Of a stretch of 64,000 nt of DNA, positions 14,370 through 23,777 are shown piece after piece. Origin of the DNA: Oculina patagonica (taxonomy: Eukaryota). The position numbers were made by a program, and so were the translations under genes. The stretch lies in the NCBI RefSeq assembly GCF_052425735.1, contig NC_135761.1, positions 64,356,001 to 64,420,000 of the forward strand. Direction: 5' to 3'. Under the pieces are notes generated by a model. It was not told the DNA's origin and did no database searches. It saw nothing but the letters and a program-made list of their open reading frames with translations. The first letter of the stretch is position 1. Every line of letters starts with the position of its first letter.

Positions 14370-14724
14370 GGGTAAATAATAAAGATGGTAAATTTTAAGC
14401 TCGGTAATAAATAATAAAGATAAGATGTTCTACATGACACGAGCATGGGACAAAGAAAAAATTCTGAGTCCACGACGGGAATCGAACCCATGGCCTCCCA
14501 GATACCGGTTTGGCGCTCTAACCAACTGAGCTACGAGAGACTCGTTGTGAGCTGGGCCATTTTACTAGGTTGATATGTGACACGCGTCCTGCATACTGCT
14601 AGGATCAGCAATGTCGGATTCATCAAGTTTTTGTAGTAAATAATAAAGATGGTAAATTTTAAGCTCGGTAATAAATAATAAAGATAAGATGTTCTACATG
14701 ACACGAGCATGGGACAAAGAAAAA
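14370..14724 (-). mobile_element. tRNA-containing short retroelement with ~88-bp terminal direct repeats and a 15-bp TSD
   Basis: TAATTTATTTAATTG at 14355-14369 and 14725-14739; direct repeat with 264-bp period; minus-strand TAGCTCAGTTGGTTAGAGC...GGGTTCGATTCCC. Confidence 0.7.
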
Positions 14725-15540
14725 TAATTTATTTAATTGTCTGCATCTTCGATTGCTTCACATACGGTGAAGCTTTTATTCGGTCATCACCAAGTCAGTA
14801 ACCGGCAATTTTTATACTGTAACAATGATGCATGATTATTATAACAGACACGATTTTCCATTTGCTAATTGCCAATTTTTTTAGTTGTCCTTTCGCATTT
14901 TTCAGACCCCTATAATACCTCCCCCACAACTGTATCCTGTTTGGCCCAAGCCCGACATGTCACTCGTAGTCTCTCCTTCTTCTTCTCCAGCAGAAAAAAA
15001 GCGTTATATCATAAACGTTTGAAAGCCAATTCCGTTAAAAATTTACAGAGATATTGGGAAATGATGGAAGCGCAAAAGGATCGTTTTTTTATTGAATGAA
15101 TCGCGCTCTGTGGCAATGCTTTAAGCCATTGAAGTTAACTTTTTAAAAACGTAGCTTTGTGTCCGAGTTTTCTGCTGGAGAAGAACAAAAAAAAAGCTAT
15201 TTTCCACTCAGTGATAAGTCAACAACAGTTTTTTGTGTCATATCTGACTCGGATTTTTTAATTTCAAGTTTCATTGATAGTTAAAGGCGAAAAATTTATT
15301 TTAGAATTCGAAGCCTTCATTCTTTTCCACTAAAGTTTATTTAAAAATTTGGTGTCACGTATGCATGAATTTTCTATCCGCGCTGAATTCTTGGACACAA
15401 AATTGCTTCTTTTTACGCTTCCAAAGCCTTCCCGAGCAATCACAAATGCAAAGATAGATTCTGGAAATTTTGCTAATTTTATTCCACGGGCTTCTGTAGA
15501 AAGAACAATAAAATAAATAAATAAAATAAATAAATCAACT

Positions 15541-16327
15541 TTGTTCCTCGCGAAGCGAGGCCGAAGGCAGAGCGTGGCGGGGTGTATAATTTTGTCCCTC
15601 AAAGGGATCAGGCGGGATGAAATCTCGTGTGGAGTTTACGGTCATATATATTTATATATATATATTTGTGAGCTTGGTGTGTGGCGGAGATGACGTCACA
15701 CGGCCGCCGCGCGCTGGTGGCCTAATGGTAAGGCGTCGAACTTGAAATCAGATCTTCGGAACTGAGGTCGGGGGTTCGAATCCGGCTAGGGTTTTTTTTT
15801 TTTTTTTCTTTTTTTTTTCTTTTTTTTTTGTGGGTTCGAATTCTGAGCCTTTCACTTTTATCGTTTTTCTTTTCGGATTAAAATAACATTGATCTCCACA
15901 TAATACTCCCTCAACGCCTATTCAGGCTATAAATCTTTCATCGCCATCAGGGGCGCGCGGGCGGAGGCTTCGAATCCTCCTGCCGTTCGTTCTTCTTCTT
16001 TTTTTTAATGCCATCAAATAAATGTCCAAAATGCGACTATCCAATAATTTGTCGATGATTTTGAAAATAGCCTGCGCTTCCCAACGCTTTATACCTCTTT
16101 ACGAACCAGGAAAATCCACCATCTTCAAAGCGGAGAAGACCCTGGGAACGAGGGTGTCGCGGTCATGCCCGTTGAAATTTCTAACAAATATATCTTTCTG
16201 CCTACTGTGGAAAATTGAATATGTACAATTAAATAAATGTTCAACTTCAAATAATCCACTCCTTATTTATAACACCCCCCCCCCCAACCCAGAGCTTCGC
16301 GAGGCCCTGCGAGTCACGTATTACTAG
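15541..16327 (+). mobile_element. Non-autonomous Helentron/HINE-like element carrying degenerate tRNA-like segments
   Basis: Sub-terminal inverted repeats CCTCGCGAAGC (15546) / GCTTCGCGAGG (16294), 5' hairpin, 3' CTAG|TTT end; A-box TGGCCTAATGG and B-box GGTTCGAATCC at ~15718-15783. Confidence 0.5.
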
Positions 16328-17656
16328 TTTTACGAGGGTTGCACATAACAGTCTTTCGACTGACAAACCTGTGGCCCTCGGATTCCCGATCGAATTGCAG
16401 ACAATGCAGACAGCGCTTTGCTCGTGTAATTATCGATGCAGGAACATTGCTAAGCCTGTTCATAAATATTTCGCGCATTTTCGGTAACAGTCGTCACACT
16501 TCGTGCATACACTTTTCATAAATGTATACCGATGAGCGGAACCTGTCCCCGCGACCTTAAAGGTCAAATGAACCACTCGACTTTCTTTGTTTTACCATTT
16601 TAAGTAACCAAACACTAAAACAATCCATTATTAAGTTAACTTAAGGAAAAATTTTACCTTCTGAGCCTTAAACCGCGGACTACAGCAAAAACGACGAAGA
16701 TTTTCGAAGGCTCCACGAAATAGTTTCCAAAATGACCGCGCGCCGGAATGGAAGGAATAGAACGAGCTCTGAGTTTTGTGACGTCATAATTGGTCATAAT
16801 TGAGACGTCTGGAAATTTTATAAAATAGTAGTAATATCGCTACTACATTGAAATCTAGGAAAGAACACGAAGTGCTTGGGCTAAGAGCTAAGCTTTTGTT
16901 CATTGATTTGTTCGTACTCGGGAGTATGCAATAAAAACACAAAAGCTATTTGTAAAAAGATAGTTTGGCTTAAAGAAGAAGGATATTTCTCAATTCAAAC
17001 TCGAAAGCACAAGGTATCACGAAGTGTAAAAATCATGATGAATAAATTGTCGTTTTCAGCCGATGAAAAAATCTGCATAAATACAAGGTGTTTATCAACC
17101 TTTCCCACGGACAGAGAGAGTTGTGACTTTTATTACCCGTTTTCGGTTCATATCTTGGCCACAAACACGTAAGTGATATTTAGCCTGTGCATATCATTTA
17201 GTGTTGGAAATTTACGGTTGTCAACTCAACATAAATACCACCTCAGAGCATAGTTAGTGGAGGGGACTTCCTTACTAACTATGCTCAGAGGCTTAATTTC
17301 ATAAAAAAAACCTCGTGCACGCGTGAAGGCTTTTTAATATTGGCGAGGATATTGAACCAACGAATTAAAATTCTCATTATGCTTGACAAGCTATTTCAAC
17401 AAACTAAAAAGTGCTAATGAATGATCATAACAAATATTTGAGCTAGTTCAAGACCGTTTTTAAAAGGTACAAAACCCTTTCTTCCATCGTAATTTAAGAT
17501 CTTAGAGCAAAACAACTGTGACGTCATAATTGGTGTTTCCGCGACCTTGCAGGGAAAGAGGTCGGTGTTTTCGACAATTTCCGAAAAGTTTTCCCCAGCG
17601 TTCCACGGTTATGAAGGCCATTTAAGCAGGAAGCTCCACTCAAAATGATTGCTATT

Positions 17657-19214
17657 TTACAGGTTACACTTAACACGTGGAATATTTCTTTGCAGAAAAC
17701 TTAAGATTCTTGGCCAGGAATCTTCCTGAGCTTTAGCGTGAGATCTCTTCTCCCCTCCCCACACCAAGAAAGGATCACCGGACCATTTGCCAATTGGGCC
17801 GCTGGAAGAGGCGTAACAGTGAGGTGTGTACGGGGGTTCAATAAAATGTCCCGCTTCAGGGTAACATAAAGTAGAACACAAATGTTCTTTACCATGGTTC
17901 TTCAAACGATCAGCTGTTTGTTTCACTTGGAAGTCGGCATTGCAAACAAGGTCGCCAGTTCCATAAATTAACAGAACAGGACAAGAAATGTTCTCAACTG
18001 GGGTTACAGCTGAGTACTTATCGGAAACCTTAGGACTGTAACTGGTGTCTGTTGGAATAGCGTGACGCCAGATTTGACCCTCCTCTGTCGATAGTTTCTT
18101 GCTATTTTCGAGATGAATTATCTCTGATACCTTCCCCTTGTATGTAAAAGGCGCAGGAAAAGCAACTATGTAAGGCGAAATGGCCACAATGGCTTTGACT
18201 GGATCCATTTTTAGGCTTGCCATTAACAAAGCAATCCATGCACCATAGCATGCAGCATGAACACCAATACCATGTGGCAAGACTTTAGGATGATTGCTGA
18301 GCCAGTTAGCTGCCTCCTCAAAGTACTCCATGTCGATGGTTGGTGGAAACTCTGGTAGATCGTCATAGCCCATGTAAGCCAATGCAAGAGTAGCAAATCC
18401 GTGAGATGCCAGAAGCGAAGCTCTGTATTCATAAAGTCCACCAGTTCCACCAAACAAATCAATTACACCTGTCAATGAATTTAGTAGTACTTAAGGTTAC
18501 TATTGCTTGCAGCTACTTATTTTAGCGAGTTGGGTGAAAATTGCTAAATTTAGTTCTCGCTAAAATTTGTCTTGGTCAAATTTAATACTTGTTAAATTTA
18601 TATACTCCCCCCTCCACCGCAAAGAAAAAACAACAATAAACAAAGTCGACTTGAAAAACCCTCAAGAAATGGATGTCGGTAACTTTGTTATTTCTGGCAA
18701 TGAAAAAATGCAAATGTTCGTTCAATTTTAAGTGAGTTTGTTCTTTTAAGGCTGGTTCTCATATAATCGCTCCGATCGTTTCTATCGCCTCTGTCACTTC
18801 AAAAAGTTTTCTTGCGATCGGGGCGATTATATGAGAACATTACACAGATGATCGCTAACGTCTGCGGCGATCGCTTGGATCGCCCGTGTTCTATACTACT
18901 AGCTTCTCTTTCACTTATTCGCCGTAAAACAGCAATAACTGAGAAGATAGGAGGCCACGGGTTTTTCTCTTTCATTGAAGGCTGCCATTGTGTTGGATCT
19001 TGGACTAAAATGATTGTTTTTCTTAGGTCTTCGCACATACCAGGCGATTGGGACGATCATATGAGAACCCCCGTTCGCTTCCAATCGCTTCGATCGCCTA
19101 CGATCGTCTCAATTTTTGCGAGCGATCGATGCGATAGAAACGATCGGGGCGATCATTTGAGAACCAGGCTTTACTGAACATTTATTCCCATCTTTGCAAC
19201 AAGTTTATAAAGTG

Positions 19215-19245
<31 letters not shown>

Positions 19246-21960
19246 CACGAGAATTTCGGTATTACATTTTTCGCGAAGCGAGTCTAAAGGAAAAAGATCA
19301 ATTTGAAACTGCTAAAAGTAATTAAACAGACTTCAAGTGCAATAAGATTTCGCTTCGCCATACAGTTTTCATAACTTCGACGGCATCGAAAATGGCGGAG
19401 GCTGACTAGGATACTCTAAGTTCAACTGATAAATTTTCACTCCAAACAAACAAAAGAATGATAGAATAACTAGTCAAAAATAAGCACGGATAATTTTAAA
19501 AAGCATTCGTGGCAGTTTAAGACCTCAGTAAAGCAAATGCACAAGGATGGACGAGGATTATTTTTCAGCATGCACAATGTCCAAATTTAGATGACAGAGA
19601 AAATGGCGGATAGAAAACTATCCTCTGAACGATAAGCGACAGCCGGAAATACGTGTGCATTCGCAGGCTTAACAAAAACTGGTTTACACGATATCACTGA
19701 TTTTGTAAAAATTTTCGGAAAATCGCTAAATTAAATAGTCGCTAAATCTTGCTCAGAAAAAATCGCTAAAATAAGTAGTCACTAATAATAGTAACCTTAA
19801 CCCTTAATATGCTGAAATTACGCCAAAAAACACGTTTTTTAACCGTTAATCGATTTTCTTGGCTCTACGGTCCTAAATTTCTCTAAAATTTGCTAGAAAT
19901 GCACTTTCTGACTCTGCATTAAGTTTTTGATGAAATTTCCATGTAAAACTGTACAACATTATACTTTGGCGCATGCGCATAAGCCAAAATTTAATGGTTT
20001 TAGCACCAATTTTACTGATCACGTTTTTTTCCATTAGCTCTGTCGGAATGCAGTCAATATTCAAGATGGACACTCCTGTAGAAAGATCTATCCAAACTCG
20101 TGTAAATTGAAAATTCGAATTAATAAGTTGACACTGGCTAAAAATATTGTTTTTGGACGTTTTGGCCACTACTGTTGCCTTCTTCAGCAAGATAAAAATG
20201 CAAATGTCCAACGGCGTCCTGTTAAAATATGTAACGAATGTGTGNNNNNNNNNNNNNNNNNNNNNNNNNNNNNNNNNNNNNNNNNNNNNNNNNNNNNNNN
20301 NNNNNNNNNNNNNNNNNNNNNNNNNNNNNNNNNNNNNNNNNNNNNNNNNNNNNNNNNNNNNNNNNNNNNNNNNNNNNNNNNNNNNNNNNNNGGTAGGTAG
20401 GCAGGCAGATAAGTAGGTAGGTGAGTAGGTAGGTAGGTAGGTAGGTAGGTAGGTGGAAAGGTAGGTAGGTGGGTAGGTAGGCAAGTAGGTAGGCAGGCAG
20501 ATAAGTAGGTAGGTGAGTAGGTAGGTAGATAGGTAGGTAGGTGGAAAGGTAGGAAGGTGGGTAGGTAGGCCGGTANNNNNNNNNNNNNNNNNNNNNNNNN
20601 NNNNNNNNNNNNNNNNNNNNNNNNNNNNNNNNNNNNNNNNNNNNNNNNNNNNNNNNNNNNNNNNNNNNNNNNNNNNNNNNNNNNNNNNNNNNNNNNNNNN
20701 NNNNNNNNNNNNNNAAGTAAGTTGGTGAGTGGATGGAAAGGTAGGAGGTAGATAGGCAGGTAGGTAGGTAGGTAGTAGGTAGGTGGGCAGGTAGGTAGGT
20801 AGGTTGGTAGGTAGGTAGCTAGGTAGGAAGGTAGGTAGGTAGGTGGGAAGATAGGTAGGTAGGTGGGTGGGTGAGTTGGTAGGTAGATAGGGAGGTTGGT
20901 TCTATGAATTATAAAGTAAGCACATAGTTAGTTAGTTAGTTAGTTAGTTAGCTAGTTAGTTAGTCAGTTAGTTAGCTAGTTAGTTTTTTAGTTAGTTAGT
21001 TAATTAATTAATTAATTAGCTAGGTGGTTAGTTATCTAGTCAGTTTATTAGCTAGTTAGTTAGTTGGTAGGTGAGTCAGTGGGTAAGTGAAATACTGGCA
21101 AATACTGGACTCTTATGACACTTCAAAAGAGCCTTTTAGAAGCGGGTTCGCCCGAGGCCGCCCAGGTTACGTCACGCTAGAGGTCACAGACAATGTGAGC
21201 GAACCGATAATGCTATACGACAGACTTAAGAACACTCCTACGATTAACCAGATGGCTTGGGATGTTTCAGAGTTAAATAAAAAAGTTTGAGGTGTAAGTA
21301 CAAAAAGAAAACGTCTTTTGAATGAGGAATAAATGTGTCTTGATTGGACTTGGTATATATAGACAGCAGCCTGTGGAGACAATGCAGTCCAAATTTGCAT
21401 ACAAGACGATTCGCTAATATATTTAGATCAACTGAAATGGTTTTCCTGTTTGCTATCGAGATATCATATCACTACGTACCAGGGAATGGTCCGTCTCCTG
21501 CAGGAATGAAAAGTGTCCCTCGGATTCTTCCTTCTCTCACAGGAATTCTCTTCACTCCATCCGCCATGTACCACTTCTGAAATGTCACGTTTGACAAAAG
21601 CTGCGATGGTGTTTCGTTCGGAGATATGTGATCATCAAAACATTTTAACTCGACATTATAAGGTTTAGTGACATCTGATTTCATCAGTCGAATTCCTTTT
21701 CTCTGTCCCGGTGCTGGTTTCATACTCCATAACAATCCCATGGGTGAAACTCCGCTGTAAGATCCTCCCAAAGACGAGTCACGGCAAACATCAACTTCGC
21801 CATCTTTATCAGCGATGTAGTGAGCGTGTGACGCATACACTTCATTTTGATCGCCAACAATCTTTGCCCTAAGCGTGATTCTCTGCAGTGGTTTAAGTCG
21901 TGCGACATGAATTTTAGTTATTTTGTCTATAAGAGAAGACTTAGGCTGCAAAGTTAACAT
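17657..21960 (-). CDS. Acyl-CoA thioesterase / bile acid-CoA:amino acid N-acyltransferase (ACOT/BAAT) family protein; exons 21960-21480 and 18468-17657
   Basis: Family motifs GGSYSGVSPMGLLWSM, RGTLFIP, GPFPG|VIDLFG, EYRASLLASHGFATLALAY, YPEAGHFIEPPY. The GT-AG intron joins in frame. Putative triad Cys (AACYG), Asp (GTGD), His (AGH). Confidence 0.92.
18495..19796. mobile_element. TTAA-flanked non-autonomous DNA transposon (Kolobok-like GG termini) with a nested Harbinger-like MITE at ~18749-19170
   Basis: TTAA|GGTTACTATT ... AATAGTAACC|TTAA; inner GGCTGGTTCTCA ... TGAGAACCAGGC inverted ends. Confidence 0.6.
20392..21075. repeat. (GTAG)n and (TTAG)n simple-repeat block in the ACOT intron
   Basis: Direct reading; interrupted by gaps. 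Confidence 0.9.
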
Positions 21961-22334
21961 GGTAAATGTTTTCTTTGGAGAAAACTTTCAGCACCAAATT
22001 GATAGCGCACAGGGAACTTTAAATGTTTTAAAGACATGCGTGAAGCGACAGAAAACCACAAGATTACCACAGGTAACCCAGACCCTTTTTTATTGTACTA
22101 AAAAGGTAGTACTTATCATAAGAAACAACCGACACTAAAGAATACATACCACACGAAATCCATGTCGTTCATACATATGATAACTATAAAATACATAAAT
22201 ATGCGAATGAAACATTCCTCACTGAAATGCAAAGAGTCTGGGACCGGATGAATAAACAGCAGATGGACAACCCAGATCAACACACTTGACGTGATGTACC
22301 AACTATAATAACTGATTATTATTATTATTATTAT

Positions 22335-22508
22335 GTCGAAATAGAGCCCATCCTTCAAGAACTGACTGGAGAGAGGCTACCAAGCGGCGCTAACACAACG
22401 CCAGATGCTCGCCTAGATATACATGCCCGGGGGTTTTGGGAGAAGCAGAGATCCGCGTTCTTTGATGTGAGGGTGTGTCACCCCAACGCGGATTCCTACA
22501 AGGACCAA
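22335..22508 (+). mobile_element. 5'-truncated CRE-clade non-LTR retrotransposon (restriction-like endonuclease end), left part
   Basis: Translates [13 protein letters not shown]...[12 protein letters not shown]...[17 protein letters not shown] directly after (ATT)n; the frame continues at 42919. Confidence 0.75.
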
Positions 22509-23597
22509 AGTAGTAAAGGGCGCTTAAATTCGGAAGCAGCCAATCACAGAGCAGCATTTCTGCGCATGCGTAAAGGGAAAACCACGTGACTTAGAGGGGT
22601 GATGACGTCATAGGAGTCGGTCCCAGGGTCCTCGGAGTGTCGGTCCCAGTCCCCGGACGGTAGAAAAAAGCTCGGCCCAGTCCCCGCGCGGAAAAATCCG
22701 AAAATAGGTGTAAAAATGCGTAAAAGGGAAAACCACGTGACTTAGGGGTGTGATGACGTCATAGGAGTCGGCCCCAGGGTGTTTGGAGTGTCGGTCCCAG
22801 GCCCCGGACGGTGGAAATGAACTCGGTCCCAGTCCTTGCGCGAAAAAAACGACAAGACAAGAAAATAGGCGTAAAAGGGAAAACCACGTGACTTAGGGGT
22901 GTGATGACGTCATAGGAGTCGGCCCCAGGGTGTTTGGAGTGTCGGTCCCAGGCCCCGGACGGTTAGAATGAACTCGGTTCCAGTCCTCGCGCGGAAAAAA
23001 ACGACAAGACAAGAAAATAGGTGTAAAAACAGGTTTTTTTTAATAACAGGTTTTTTATGTTAAGGTACAAGACACTAAAAAACGGTAACAAGTGGTCCTA
23101 AAGCCCCGGTAGTGTAACGGGTATCACTCCTGCCGCTGAGGTAGGCAATCGAGGTTCGAGTCCTCGCTGGGGATATTTTTTTTTCCTTGTGTCAATGTTC
23201 CCTAAGCCCTAGTGGCCGCGCACCCTGGGAATGAACGTGTACAAAGTTAGCAAGACCACCATCCTATAGATATGGTTCACAAAGTGCCATACTGTCCTTG
23301 TTGTATCTGGAACTTAATACTTTGCACTAAACGCATGCGCAGATTAGTCTACGCGATACACTCACGATTGATAATTAGTTACCTCTCTTGTGAAGACCAC
23401 AAAGGTTGTCTCAGAAAGCGCCATGCCTTCCTTATGGTATGGTTCTTCCTGGCACTAAACGCATGCGCAGATGAGTCTACATTGCTTCGGCGATTCTGAA
23501 AAAACGCACGCTTGTGAAGTATTAAAAAAAAAAACACGTCAGAGAGGGGGGATGAGGGGGTATCCCCCTTTCTCGGGTGTACTGGGAACGAGTACGA
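22509..23597 (+). repeat. Left TIR of the Polinton, with three 151-bp tandem units at ~22572-23030
   Basis: Reverse complement of 41828-42798; near-identical for ~835 bp, then a 128-bp left-only segment and a diverged inner part. Confidence 0.95.
23103..23174 (+). tRNA. tRNA-Gln(CTG)-like Pol III gene in the left TIR
   Basis: Cloverleaf: acceptor CCCCGG/CTGGGG, D-arm GTG/CAC with A-box TAGTGTAACGG, anticodon stem CCTGC/GTAGG with loop CG-CTG-AG, T-arm CGAGG-TTCGAGT-CCTCG; T9 terminator follows. Non-canonical G33 and a 1:72 mismatch. Confidence 0.7.
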
Positions 23598-23777
23598 ATC
23601 GAGCGGTGAGAGTGTTTATATCTCAAAAGATGTCGACCATTAAGTTATTAAATATTCATTTATGGAGAACGATCAACGTGGGTACGATTGAAACTATATC
23701 AACGTGTTGCGGTAGGTTTCCCATCTGGGGCATGCTGTTGGACACAACAGCATGCCCCATACGAGCCAGTGGCGGTA

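Noticed and set aside
15708-15790. Functional tRNA gene
   Set aside because: The A and B boxes are present, but the acceptor and anticodon stems do not pair.
19873-20484. 203-aa ORF and other ORFs spanning N runs or simple repeats
   Set aside because: Artefacts of gaps and (GTAG)n/(ATT)n repeats.
21961-22119. Decayed mitochondrial presequence upstream of the ACOT/BAAT ATG
   Set aside because: An in-frame ATG exists, but two stops intervene and there is no homology evidence; it cannot be distinguished from 5' UTR.
22572-23030. CRISPR-like array
   Set aside because: The units are whole tandem repeats without unique spacers, in a eukaryotic context with no cas genes.
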